Shown piece by piece: positions 37,085 to 49,800 of a DNA stretch of 64,000 nt. This stretch comes from Vicugna vicugna (lineage: Eukaryota). The position numbers were made by a program, and so were the translations under genes. The stretch is from assembly GCA_013265495.1 (NCBI GenBank), contig MU062811.1, positions 323,300 through 387,299 on the forward strand, read 5' to 3'. Under the pieces are notes generated by a model. It ran no database searches. It was not told the DNA's origin and saw only the letters and a program-made list of their open reading frames with translations. Within the stretch, counting starts at the first letter, position 1; each line of letters opens with the position of its first letter.

Positions 37085-38870
37085 AGCTTCCTTTTTAATT
37101 AACAGGCTTTATTTTTTGAGCAGTTTTAATTTACAGGAAAAAAAAAGTAGAGCAAAAAGTACAGAGAGCCCCCACATACTCCCTGCCTACTCATTTCCTT
37201 TTTATTTTACCTGGAGGCACTGGGGATTGAACACAGGACCTTGTGTGTGCTAAGCACGCGCTCTACCACTGAGCTACATCCATGCCCCCACTCATTTCTG
37301 TATTTTTAGCATCTTGCTCTAGTGTGGTCCATTTGTCACAATTGCCAAACCAACTGATGAACCAATAATTGCTACGTTATTGTTAACTCAAGGCCACAGT
37401 TTACATCAGGGCTCCCTCTGCATTGTATTCTGTGGATTTGGACAAATGTATAGCATCACACATCCACCATTACAGCATCATCGTACAGAATACTATCTGC
37501 CTGAAAGTCCCCTGCGCTCCACCTGTTCACGCCTCCCTTCCCCCAGCCCCTGGCAACCACTGACCTTTTTATGGTCTCCATGGTTTTGCTTCTTCCACAA
37601 CGTCCTGTACTTGGCATCATACAGTATGTGGCCTTTTCAGATTGGCTTTTTTCCTTGAGCAAGGTGCATTTAAGATTTGTCCATGTCTTTTAGTGGCTTG
37701 AGAGCCCCCTTCTTTTTATCACTGAATAATATTCCACTGTCTGGATGGGCCACAATTTATCCACTCCCCTACTGAAAGACATTTTGGTTGTGTCCAAGTT
37801 TTGGTGATTCTGAATAAAGCTTCTGTAAACACCCACAGGGTTTTGTGTAGACCCAGGTTTTCCACTTACCTGGGGAAACGACCCCTGGGGAGTGTGACTG
37901 CTGGATCGCATGGTAACAGTATGTTCAGTCTTCTAAGAAACTGCCCACTGTCTGCCAAGTGGCCGCGCCATCCTGCATCCCCAGCAGCAGTGGACAGGAG
38001 TTCCCGTTGCCCCACGTCCCAGCATTTGTCGTCAGTGTTCTGGACTCTGGCCATTCTACCAGGTGTTCAGCGGTATCGTGTTGTGGTTTTAATTTGTATT
38101 TCCACAGTGACATTTGAAATTTGGCATCTGTCTCCCTGCTTTGGTGAGGTGTCCAGATCTTCTGTCCCGTTTTTGCTTGGGTGCTGTGTTCTCTCACTGG
38201 TGCTGTTTAAGAGTTCTGTGTGTATTCTGGACCCCGTCCTTTATCTGGTGTGTTTTTGCAAGAATTCTTCCCCACCTGTGGTTTGCCTTCACAGTCTCTT
38301 GACGGTGTTATTTTGCGGAGAAGGTTTCACTTTAGTGACGCCTGGCCTGTCAGCTGTCTCCTTGATGGAGAGCACTTCTGGCGTTTTGGCCGAGGAGTCG
38401 GCGCTAAACTCAAGGGCGTCTAGGTTTTCTTCTACATTATCTTCCAGGAATTCTACAGTTAGTGTTTCACATGTAGGTCTGTGACTCATTCTGGGTTAAT
38501 TTCTGTGAAAGGTAAAAAGGCTGGGTCCAGATTCTGTTTGGTTTGTTTTCTCTCCAATACATGGGTGTGCCACTGCCCCGGCACCGTTGTTGAAACGTCT
38601 TTTGTCCACTGAATGGCGTTTGCCCCCCGTCCAAGGTCAGCGCACTGTGTTTGCGTGGGGCTGTTTCTGGGCCTTCTCTTCTGTTCTGCTCACCTGTTTG
38701 CCTAGCCTTTGGCCAGCACTTGATTACTGAGGTCTCATAGTGAGTCTTGAAGTCAGGCCGTGTCAGTCGTCCGCGTTTGTGCTTCATTACTGCATCAGCT
38801 ATTTCAGGTCTTCTGGCTTTCCGTGCGAAGTTCAGGACCAGTTTGTTGGTATTCACAAAATAACTGGCTG
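37085..38870 (-). mobile_element. L1MB 3' UTR plus ORF2 3' end, antisense
   Basis: tttgagcagtttta...catacagtatgtggccttttcagattggc...agttagtgtttcacatgtaggtctgtga. Confidence 0.85.
37198..37289 (-). mobile_element. tRNA-Ala-derived SINE (camelid Vic-1 type)
   Basis: Reverse complement ggggcatggatgtagctcagtggtagagcgcgtgcttagcacacacaaggtcctgtgttcaatccccagtgcctcca plus A-rich tail; exact 9-bp TSD actcatttc (37189-37197, 37290-37298). Confidence 0.88.
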
Positions 38871-38929
38871 GGACAGAAATCAGCTTTTTAGGGGTCTCTC
38901 TTAAATATGAGCTTCCCGCCAAGGAGCAC

Positions 38930-39480
38930 CAGACAGTGATGAAAGAATTAATATGAAAGACAGAGCCCAAGACAGACAAACTGTGGGGTAAAAAGAGGGA
39001 ACAGATTATGCAGGGAGAATAACATTATGGAAAAAATACTATTAATACAACCAGAGAGATGAGATCCTGCATCCTTGAAGAACAAAATGCACTTTTTAAA
39101 AGTAACATTCAGAGAACAAAATAAGAGCTCTTGAAATTAAAACTATTAGAGCAAGTATGAAAATTCTGATATACAGATTGAAAGGTAAATTGAAAAGAAT
39201 TTCCCAGAAAGAGAAGGAGAGGAAAGTTGAAGAGGAAAGATAAATTAGAGGGCCGGTCCAGAAGGCCCACCATATGCCAAATAAGGAAAACTCTAAGAGA
39301 AAAAAGAAACAAAATGTTCACGAAGTAACTGAAGACCTCCTAGAACCGAGGACCGTGAGTTTCTGGATGGAAAGGGCTCATGGGCGCCCAGCCTAAGAGC
39401 TGAGAACAGTCACACCGCGGTTCAGGCTCAGCGCGGCTCGGAAACCGTGGGGCCAGCAGAGCGTCTTAGAGGGCCGTCCG
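38930..39480 (+). mobile_element. HAL1-like element, 5' part
   Basis: attcagagaacaaaataagagctcttgaaattaaaa...gtttctggatggaaagggctca. Confidence 0.65.
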
Positions 39481-42130
39481 TTTCGGGGGGGGCTGTTCTA
39501 CCAGTTTGAGCAAAGGGTGTTAAGGTGGCCGCTGTGTGTGAGGAGTTGCCCACTTGCTGCTAACCTGCCCAGTTTCGCATCATTGTCCTGAGGCCTTGCT
39601 GGTGGGTGCACTGATGTTTGTGGCTGTTCTTTCCTCCTTACGAACGACCTCTTACATCATTATGAAACAGCCCTCTTTATTTCTGGTAATACTCTTTTCC
39701 TTAAAACTGTTTTTTCCAGTTTTGTTGGGATGTAATTTGCATACTGTAAAATTCAATCTTTTGAATTACACAGTCCAGTGGATTTTAGTATGTTGGCCAC
39801 AGGCTAATTTTGGAACACCTTGTCACTCCAAAAAGAAATCTCACGTCCATCAACAGTCGCTTCCCACTCCTCCAAGCCCACTTATTGGCGACTATGGATA
39901 ATGCCGTTACGGACTTCTGTGTACAGTTATTTGTACGAACGTATGTTTTTCAGTTCTCTTGGGAATATACTAGAAGTAGACTTTCTGGATCATGTGATAA
40001 GTCCATGTTTAACTTTCTGAGGAACTGCCAAACTGTTTTTCAAAGTGGATAACATTTTGCCAGATATTAATATAGCTGCTCCAACGATGGGAGATCTTTT
40101 TTCCATGTATTTACTTTCAACCTCTCAGTGCCTTTGTTTTTAAAATGCGCAGACAGCATACTTGGGTCTTTTAAACCTATTTTTATAATACTTGCTTTTT
40201 AACTGGAGATTTACCTCAGTAACGTTTAACGTAATCGTTGACGCTCTCCAGCGTAGGTGCACCTCTCTGTCCATCTTCTGTTAATCTCTCGTTTTCCTCT
40301 GTCCTCCCTTCTCTGCTTTACTTCGGGTTACTTGGCTGTTTTTAGAACTCCACCTACCACCTTGTGGCCGCACTGCTTTCTGTCCTCTCCAGTGGCGGCT
40401 CTAGGATCGCAGTATACATCCTTTCCAGTTGACTTAGAGTTCACACTGCACGCTTCACGCACAAGAGAAGAACCTGGCAACCACACAGGTGTATCTGTAG
40501 CACTCCGGCCTTCCTTCGTGACACAGCTGTCTCAAGTGTAACGTCTGCTCATATTCTGAAGCCCACAAAACAACATTGTTTTTGCCTAAAATGGTCACAC
40601 CTATTTTTAATATGAATGGAAATAATCTTTAATCTTTTACCCAGTTATTTATCACTTCTGATATCTTTCATGCCTTCTGAAGATTCACTGTCACTTCCCT
40701 CCAGCTTGAAGAGCTTCCTTCGGCATTATTTGTAGTATAGGTCTGCTGGCAACACATCCTCTTGGTTTTCATTTATCTACAAAGGTCTTTCTTTCCGCCT
40801 TCATTCTTTGCAGATACTTTCAGTGGTTACAGAACTCTAGGTTGACACTTTACTTTCACATTTAAAAACACTGCTCAGGCTCTTCCTGCTCTCCGAGTCT
40901 CTGGGGTGAGGCCACAGGCGTTCTGTCGCCGCTCCTCTGCGCGAGCTGTGCGCCGCTCCGGCTGCTTGAAGATGTCCTCGTTCCTCCTCGGTGCTCAGGC
41001 CGTCTGTGCTGTGCCCAGGCGTGATTTTCTCTGTGTTTACCTACCTGGGGTTCACTGCGCTTCTTGAATCTGTACATTTGTCCTTAACCTAATTGGGGAA
41101 GTTCTCAGCCACCATTTTTTCTGACCCATTTTCTCTCTCTTTTCTAGGATTCTAATTTTCTCCCCTTCAGAGCTTCTAATTATCCTTATGTTAGACCCTC
41201 TGATGTTGTCCCACAGTCCTTAACACTTCAGGTCCACTTCTGAAAACCTTCCCTCTTCATATTGGATAAGTTCTACTTCTGTACTGAAGTTCACTCTGCT
41301 CTTTCATATCCATTCTGCTGTTAAACCCATCCAGGGCACTTTTAAATTTCAAATATTGTTTGTTTTTTGTTTTTGTTTGTTTGTTTTGCTCTAACATTTC
41401 CACTGACGTCTTTGCTAATAAGGCTTCTTACACTCCGTGCATTAGGAGCGCACTTCCCTTTACTGAGCATTGTTGCAACAGCCGCTTTAAAGCCCTCGTC
41501 CGGTAGTTCCGACAGCCCGGTCGTCTGTGGGCTCAAGTCAGTTTGCACTGCATCCTGAATATTGTGACTGTTGTGCTGTGGCAACTTTGGCTTCTATTAC
41601 ATTTCTTGTGTGAGTGTTGATGTTTTTGTCTTAGTTAGTTGATAACCTTGGTTAGACTCAAACTGCAAACTGCCTGGCCCATAGTGGCAGCAGATCAAAT
41701 TTTAGCTCGGTGTTTTAGCCTTACCTGCAAGCTATTCTGAGTTGGCCCTGTGCATACATAGTTCAGACATCAACTGGAGGTTTGGGAAGTGTTTACACAT
41801 AGAACATGGAGTGATTCCTCGCTGGGGTTCTCCCCTCACTTCGGCAGCCGTGGCCACCATGGGCTCTGTCCTCTGATTTCTCAAACCAGAAAGGCTGCAG
41901 TTTCTCTATCAGGGCGTCTGGTAATTCACACCACACTGTGTCCATGGCCCAAAGCTTCCCATTTTCTACTCCCATCCCAAATCTGCCTTTATTCTTGCCC
42001 TGGAGCTTCCAGGGAACTGTTTCTGTGGGTTTGGGTTTGGGGGTGGGGGTGTATTCTGTCCAGCCTGCACAGTGTCACCTGCAGACGAGCTAGTCTTAGG
42101 TGCTTACTTTACCTTATCCTCCAGCCTCAA
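39480..42130 (-). mobile_element. Ancient L1M (endonuclease region to 5' UTR), antisense, with a nested L1 3' end at ~39705-40050
   Basis: T-rich antisense ORF1/ORF2 remnants. Confidence 0.7.
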
Positions 42131-42700
42131 ATTTTACACCCAGGCAAACTACTGTTTCAGTGTGTAGATAAAGCCATTTTCAAATAGACAATGTCTTAAA
42201 AAAAATCATCTCCCAAACTCCTTTTCTTGGGAAACTACTGGAAGTCTACCAAAAATGAGGTTCTGAATCAAATACATACATACATGGGTTCTAGGATTCA
42301 GAAAAACCAACACAAGAGTGAATCAAAAGGAGTCCTGAGGGTGACAGTAATGGGGACAGAGGCCAAGAGAACACCGAACCCACATTATTAGAGGAGAGAA
42401 GACTTTAGGAGCCATTTCTTCAAGACAACAAACTTAACACCCAGTGGAGTTGAAGATTTTGAAGAGATTTACATATATAAGGCAGTGTTTGGATTTGAAT
42501 TACTGTTAAGTACACAGAAATTTAAACCAATATAAATACACCAGAAAATGACTTCATGCTAGGGAAAATAAAATGCACTGGGAAAGACAAAGTACTCAGA
42601 GCATCCTGCGTGGTTTGGTCATGAACTGATGTTACACAGTCATGATGTAGGTCCCGAGTGTGGAGCTAGGTAACTGTCTGTCCACTGCTGGAGGAAGAAG
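42130..42700 (+). mobile_element. HAL1-like element, 3' part
   Basis: ttttcttgggaaactactggaagtctaccaaaaatgagg. Confidence 0.55.
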
Positions 42701-42745
42701 TTCTAGAAAAGTGGTGGGACAGGAGGTGAAGGAAAAGAGTTAGGT

Positions 42746-42947
42746 CAGTGCTTCTCAGCTGAGGGTGACTCTGGCCTCCCAGAAGACGCATGGCAATGTC
42801 TGGAGACAGCCTGGGGTGTCACGTTTTGCGGAGGGATGTTGCTGGATCTGGCGGGCAGGCTGCAGTGATGCTGCTAGAAACCCTCCAGTGCTCACCCGAA
42901 CAGAGAACTGGTCCAAAACCACAATGGTGCCACAGCTGAGAACGCTG
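42746..42947 (+). mobile_element. MER20 (hAT-Charlie) DNA transposon
   Basis: Termini cagtgcttctcagc / gctgagaacgctg; internal ggcaatgtctggagaca; degenerate 8-bp TA-centred TSD agttaggt/agctaaat. Confidence 0.85.
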
Positions 42948-44789
42948 AGCTAAATCGTCATCTTCTGTAGAGATACGTCAGTACATGGTACCTGAAATTT
43001 AAACATAAAACAGCAACCATATAAGCGTGTCTAGAGATGCAGTGATGGGTACAGAAGAGCTGGCTGGAGGCTGCGGGAGTGAGAAGTGGGGCCAGATGGC
43101 TGGGTCCTGTTAGCTTTGTAACAAGCCTTGTAGAACTCTGCTTCTTTAAACTGTGTACACGCACAAGTTTGGTATTTTAAATAACAATTGAAGTGGAAGA
43201 GGAGAAACATTTAGAGACGTATAAAAGTGTAATGGAGGACAGGTTCCTGAAGTGTGGGGCTGGCCAGGCTCGTGTCCCTCGCTGCCAGGCCGCGGTTTCC
43301 TCCCTCCGTAACCCGCACCGTGTCTGTATGGAAGGATGACGCAGAGAGCATGGCACTCTTCCTAACAAACAGTTAACTAACTCCCTGATTTGTCGGCAGC
43401 TTCTCTCTGCTCCAAAGCTGTCATCTTCGACTTGGCTTAGTTCTCTGTAAATGTGCCGGATGATCAAGGTACACACCTCCCCCTGGCGGCAGCATGCCAG
43501 AATTGCAGGCCCAGAACCCCATGAAAATTAAGATGCCAGTCTGGGCACCTGAGGAAAGGACAGACATTTCACCTGTTCGGTCTCTGAGGTTTCAGTCACC
43601 ACAAGAGTAATTTGCAACATCTGCTTTAAGGACAGCATCTGGTTCCAAAGTCTCGTTTCAGGTTAAACTGAAGGTTCGGTCTGTTTTAAGGGCTGGGAAG
43701 CTAAAGCACGGCTCTCTGCGACTCTGTCCCTCCGCCCTGGTCAGAGGATGGAGCTGCATGTCCTCATCCTGCCTGGTGGGTCGTGGGCTTGTGGATTCCA
43801 GGCTGAACTGTGCTGTGGTGCTTCTGGGGCTTCTTGCTGGCACCTCTGTGCCATCCTGCACACTGACTGACCCACAAAAGCCCATACTGCCCCTGCTCTG
43901 ACCTTGGCATGTCTCTTGCTTTGGGGGCAAGACTCCGTCCACAGCTTATTCCCTGGCAGAGCAGGGGGAGGATGTAAGTTGGGTGTGGCTGAGGGGTGGT
44001 GGATGGACACACATGAGGGGCTAAGGCAGCTGGGCTCCCAGCTCCCCCAGCGCTAAGCAGGCTTGAGAAGCAGGGGTGTGCAGCTGGGGGTGCTGCTCCC
44101 ACAGCCGGGTGCTCAGTCTTGGGTGAGGGTGAGCCTCAAGGCCGCCAGGCCCTAGGGGCACCTGATTTTTCCCACCCTCTTGGCAACTCAGAGAGTGGGA
44201 GGTGGGCCCACATCACCACATTTCACTCATCAGGCAGCTGGTGCATCGAGAGGCCGGTGGGCCGCCCTCGGGCCCCCAGCTAGTAGGTGGTGTCAGGACG
44301 CAAGCTGGGTTAACGTCACACTTCTGGAGGTATGGGGTTCTAGAGAGTTGGGCCCAAAGTCATGGGCGTCATCAGGAAGCAGTGGGACCGCTGGACGCCT
44401 GGATTGTGGCCAGGGGCCAAGTTGCCAGCCCCACCTCCCTGACAAGCAGCCTTGGGTGCCGAGCACCCCAGACCCTGGGCTGGAGCCGAGCTCTCCATCA
44501 GCCACGTGGCCTGTGCAGTCACTCTGCCTCCCCAAGTCAGTGCTGGGTGTCAGGGCTGAGTGAGGTGCCACTAGCTTGAGCCCTGCCAGCTGCCTGCACT
44601 GACCCACGGACACAGCAGAGCCCGGTCCTCGCCTCCGCCCCCAGCCACTGGACAGGAGGCTGGCCGCACTGCAGTCCCCTTGGGGAGCTCCCCACGTCCT
44701 CAAGGGGCCTCAGCCTGGTGGCTCCAGACCTGGTCTGGGTCTCCCCACCTCTCTGCCTCCGTCGGGGCCCTGGTGCCCATGTTCCCCAG

Positions 44790-45325
44790 CACGGATTCTG
44801 CCATTTCTGCCCTCGTCCCCATCCCCACCTGCATCCGGAGCGACTGATCCGCCTAAAATGTGCATTAGCCTCATCACTTTCGGGCCCCAAAATGAACTTC
44901 TCACCTAGCATTCGAGGCCCACTGATCGGGCCTTGGGCCACCCAGAACCTGGGCTTTTCTTCTACTCTGTCTGCTCACACTGTTCAGGCCCCCCACCCCC
45001 GCCATCTTGCTGTCCCACAAACACTCCAGGCTCGTCCCCACCTCCGGCCTCAGCCCTGGCCGTGCCCCTCCCCCCAGTGCATTCAGCCCTTGCTCCTGGT
45101 CCCCGCATCTGCCCCCTCTCTCCTCTCACTGGCTTGGCTCTCTTTAGTGGCACTCAGCACACCTGAAATGATATCTGTCCACTGATTTGTGTGCCATCCA
45201 ACTCCCCCATGAGAGCGTAAGCCCCAGGGGGCAAGGGTGGACCATCCACCAGGATCCTGCGCACCTCCGGGACTGAGTGGGCTCTCAGAGCAGGAGTGTT
45301 GGTGGAATGAACAAATGAATGAATT
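44790..45325 (+). mobile_element. L2 LINE 3' end
   Basis: Ends in gtgttggtggaatgaacaaatgaatgaat. Confidence 0.6.
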
Positions 45326-46692
45326 CACTCCTGAGCCACAGTCACTGCTCCGGTGCTGGTGGGGAAGAGACGGAGGGGAGCTTGGACCCTGAGTGTCAGG
45401 CTGGCCAAGCTGGGCCCTGTGCTGCTGCCCCAGGAAGCTCAGGGACAGCCATCTCTCCTCCTGGCCCAACTCCCCAGCTCCCCCTATGTCCTGAGCTCAC
45501 CTGGATTCCTGACCACATTCTGAGAAACCAGTGAAGAGCAGAGCCACTAGGTGTCACTTTGCAAAGACCACAGCTGCTGCCCAGTCAGGCAACTCTCCCC
45601 TACACCGGCCCCTCCTGAACGATCCTGCCCTGGCTGGGGGAAGGCCCGCGGCCCCAGGACAGGGGAGGGTGCCTCCTGGCCAGGGTGCCCGGCCAGGTTC
45701 CTGGGCCCCAGGCAAACTGGGGGTAAAGCAGGATGAGCTGGCCTGGAGGAGACCTTCAGAGATGGTCGGAGCCTTCACTGGTGTCCCAGCTGAGGGGCCG
45801 GGCACCGCGTGCTCCCTGGTTGCATGGGTGGTGGGTCTGTGAGGCCATCAAGCCCTGCCGACGCTCCTGTCTGCGGCCACGCCGCACTCGGAAGGCTTCT
45901 AAGGACTCCACAGCAGAGAAAGCAGCACAGCAAAACGGGGACTGGCAGTCGCAGGCTGAGCGGGGTTTCAGTGCTTCCGTTAGTTCTTGACAACCAGGGC
46001 AGTTCTCTTTCCTCAAGAGACGGTACTCAGGGTGCTCGTGACTTCGCCTTCCTGTGCGTTTGTTCTCAGGGCTGCCCTCTGTGCTTGGCGCCCACACCGG
46101 GAGCTGTGGGGACGGCAGGTGCCAGAGCCCACGTGGAGGGGGTCCGTGCAGGGGCCCTGGAGGGTGCGGAGGTGATGGAGGGAGGCGTCACTCAGGGAAG
46201 TTCCCTCCCACGATGGAGCCGGGTCCGGCTGGTTTGGCAGACGTGGTGCGCGGTGGACAGAGCTGCCGGCTAAGCTTCACGAGGTGCCCAGTGCCCGGGG
46301 ACTGGGGCCCCGCACTGCTCACGGGATGTCACCTCGGGACCTGTCTGCATTTCCACCCTGGTGGCAAAGGGGGAGGTGAGGGGCTGACAGGTGCCAAGAG
46401 CTTGGCGCACACCGTGGAGGCCCCAGTGGAGGCAGCGGGTCCCTGAAGCTGCCGTCCCAGAGATAAGCGGGGCTGACCCGTTGCTATTTGCGCCTATGAG
46501 CCAAGCTTCCTGCCTTTTCCGGCCTGTGGGCGAGGGAGGAGGAAGAGGGAGGCCGCGCGGGGAGACGGGAGACGGGCAGTGTCCTGTGACGCGTGTTCCC
46601 AAATGTGTGAGAAGAGATTGAGCGCACCTGCCCCCCCCCACCAGCCGGGCGCCGGCTCCTTTCGCTCACAGCCCTGCCCCCTCTTCCTGTAG

Positions 46693-46828
46693 GTTAACAA
46701 CGAGAACGTGGTGAAGGTCGGCCACCGGCAGGTGGTGAACATGATCCGCCAGGGAGGGAACCACCTTGTCCTCAAGGTGGTCACGGTGACCAGGAATCTC
46801 GACCCGGATGACACCGCCAGGAAGAAAG
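46693..46828 (+). CDS. SHANK2: SHANK2 exon ~17 (136 nt), second half of the PDZ domain
   Basis: ctcttcctgtag|GTTAAC...AAGAAAG|gtgccc; encodes VNNENVVKVGHRQVVNMIRQGGNHLVLKVVTVTRNLDPDDTARKK; phase 0 to 1. Confidence 0.97.
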
Positions 46829-49800
46829 GTGCCCACCCTGTGCTCTCCCAGCCATGAGCCCCGCCTGAGGGATCAATAGGGAGTAGGGGCCCTTCTCCTG
46901 CCTCCGGTGCTTGGGCACTTCCCAGGATGTCCCCCATCTCCTTCCACTGGGGTGGGTTCTGATCCCTCCACCAAGAGTAGGAAGAAGCCAGAAAGGGATG
47001 TTACAGGTGACTCAGGCTTACCCAAAGGGCAGTGGCGGCCTCAGGCCAGGGCTGTGCTTAGCAGACCAGGGGCCTGGGGGCCCCCACTCCAAACTGACTT
47101 GCCCCAGTCACTGCAATTTGGTGACGGGTCTTGCCCGCAAGTAGCCTGGGCCCACTGTGGACAGAGGGCCAGCTTACCCACCCTCCTTCCCAAGGGAGGT
47201 CACAGCTGGGGGACACTGGCGCTGAGGGAGGCCTGCAGAAGGGAGCCGGGAGCAGGCCAAAGGCACCTGGGGCAAGATGAAGGCTGGAGTACCAAGTTAG
47301 CACTTCCAGCATTTCTCAAGGACAAGTGCACGCCCCTCTCCCACCCACCCTGCCAGGAGCCTTCAGCCCTGGAGACAGCAGTCAGCACAGCCAGGGAGGA
47401 CTGCCTGGAGGAGGGGGGCTGAGATGTGGGAGGGGAGGCTGCAGTGTGAGGGTGTGGAGAGAAGGGGAAGTAAAGCCACTGCAACTGGGAGAACCCCGTC
47501 CTGCTGCAGCTGCTGGAATCTCCTGTCCCCGTTAGTCACCAGCAGGCCTACAGAGAGCTGGACCAGACTCTCTTCTGCAGACCTCTGCTGCACCTCACAC
47601 TGGGCCCTGGCCCTACAGACGGGAGGGACCCCAAGTGTGAGGTGCGCTTGGGGGCCGAGTACAGAGAGGCAGGGCGGCCTCCCGATGAGGGCTTGTCCTG
47701 GTTCCTCAGGGAGCCTGCAGACTCATCCAGGCTCATGACTCTGCAGGGTGACCACTGCCAGCTTCCCCACCCTGGGGGACACTGCCTCAGTTTTCCCAGC
47801 AGGCTCCGGGTCCCCTCCTCCCGGCTGCTCTGTAAGGTGGGGGTGGGGTGGGCGGCACTGTGGCCAGATTCTCACCTCCGTCTCTCCTTCCTGCCCCTCA
47901 AGCTCCTCCACCTCCAAAGCGCGCTCCGACCACGGCCCTCACCCTGCGCTCCAAGTCCATGACCTCGGAGCTGGAGGAGCTCGGTAAGAGCCGCGTCCGG
48001 CCCGCCCCAGCCCTGCGCTGCTGCCAGCTCCCAGCACACCGGCCGGGCCAGCCTTGGCCAAGCCCCAGCCTGCGCATGGCCCTCTGCTTGCCTGCCTGCC
48101 CCTCTCCTGGCCCCCAGGCCCCAGAATGGTGTCAGGAGATGCCCCCGGATGCAGGGCTCCCATGCTGGCCCGCTGGGGTCCTGCTGGCTTCAGGGGTGGT
48201 TACTAGTCTTAAACTCTTTCAGTTCGTCTAACATTGTTTTGTTTTGAATTTTTGGGCCTCTCACTAGTGGATAAAGGTAAGCAGCCCTCTGCTGTCTAGG
48301 GAGCCCCCCCTGAAACCCGCCCTGCTGGTCCTCTCGTGCACAGCTAGGACCAGGAAGCTCTGGCCCTTGGGTCTGGCATAGATAGCAGTGGGGCTGCAGA
48401 CCTGGTGGGCTGCAGGCCAGGTCGAGGGAGCTCCTGGTGCCTTCAGGAAAGCTCTACAAGAACAGAGGGCTGTGGCCACTGGATGCCACCTGGCCCAGGG
48501 GAGGATGCGCAGAGCAAGGTGGGCCCTGGGTCTAGCGGCCGTGTGGCTGTTGAAGAGGGATGACTCGAGCTGGTGGTGTGAGCCTCCCAGGTGCTGGTTA
48601 AGTGCCACACTGCGAGTCACCACGGAGGCCAGGGACACCTCCCGGAGGAAGTGGGCTCTGATCACACAGGAGTGGCGAGTGGGCTGAAGGCCTACTCCAC
48701 TGGGAGGCCCTGGTGGGCGTCTCTGAGCTCTGCCCAGGGTAGGTTATGGGGGCACAAAACAAACCCTGCGCCCATGGCCACACCCCCATCAGCCCCAGCT
48801 GGTCGGGGTGGGGCGGGTAGTCTGAGCGTCCTTGCCGGTCTCTGACTTGCCATCACTCCTATCTGGTCCCAGCCTTCAGGAGGAGACCTTCTGGCCCTGG
48901 CCTCCCCTCCAAAAACAGTACAGAGAGGCCCTTTCCCCCTCACGGCTCCTCTGGGAGGGTCTCCGGGCCCAGGCCATCTCCCAGCGAGCACCCCCTCGCT
49001 TGCCACCCTGTCCCAGGGCTGGAGTCTTTGTTTCAGGCTGAAGCCTAAGTTCTCGAGATGAGAGCATCCCTGCTGTGGTCCTGCCCATCCCCGCCCAGAA
49101 CAACTAGTTTCCGCAAAGCCCCTTTCCTTTCGTCCCTCCATAACCACACCGCATCCATCCAAACAAGACTCACCAGGAAAACCCCTCTGAACCCTGGGCC
49201 TGGCCCCGGCGGGGACCACAGTGTGAGTTTCTGCACATGCTTTTCTAAACCCAGACAGCATGTGCTGCTCTGGCTCCTCCAAGGGGCCTGTGGGCTGTGG
49301 GCAGGACACCTTTAATAAGGGCTCCAGGGGTGTCAGCCTAGGGCACTGTGAGGGTCCCCCTAAGAGATGCCTGGGCTCACACGGTCCCCTCTGGCAGGGT
49401 GCAGGGAGGGCGGGGGCTGAGGGAGAGGAAAGGCCCCCATCCCTGAGGGAAGCAGGTTTGCTGGAGGATGTGATCAGAAAGGGCGTCCAGCTCTTTCTTC
49501 AGCTGCTGCGCCCACCAGCGTCCGCCCCGAGCTGCAGTCAGTGCAGGGCGGGGGGAGCCCAGGGCAGCAGCCCAGCCCGGGCCCTGGGGGAGCGCTGCCG
49601 GCGCACCGGCCACAGGACTCACGCTCCCCTTTCTGTTTGCAAGCCTCCGTCCGGAAGAAGAAGGGTAAGGGGCGAGCCCAGTGTCCGTCTCAGCCCCCAA
49701 CCCGCACGCCCTGTGTGGCCATCGGCGTGGCGTCTGGAATGTGCTGTGACCCTGTGCTGTCTTCTCCCTGCTCGGGGTCCTGGGGCGGGGGGGGAGGGTC

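Larger units (their letters stand above)
1..46692 (+). other. SHANK2: Distal part of the very long SHANK2 intron that interrupts the PDZ domain
   Basis: The upstream PDZ exon (ADTPIEEF...GDFLIE) was not found anywhere in 1-46692; the region is repeat-rich and has no credible coding exon. Confidence 0.85.

Noticed and set aside
37198-37289. tRNA-Ala gene
   Set aside because: It has a TSD, an A-rich tail and an imperfect acceptor stem: a SINE, not a tRNA gene.
46038-46070. Acceptor-like cctgtgcgtttgttctcag about 620 nt before exon 17 (possible site of the missing ADTPIEE exon)
   Set aside because: The downstream sequence does not encode the PDZ exon and no convincing donor follows.
46826-46834. 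Weak donor AAG|gtgccc of exon 17 as a sign of misannotation or mutation
   Set aside because: It is canonical GT, gives the correct phase and peptide, and no better donor lies nearby.
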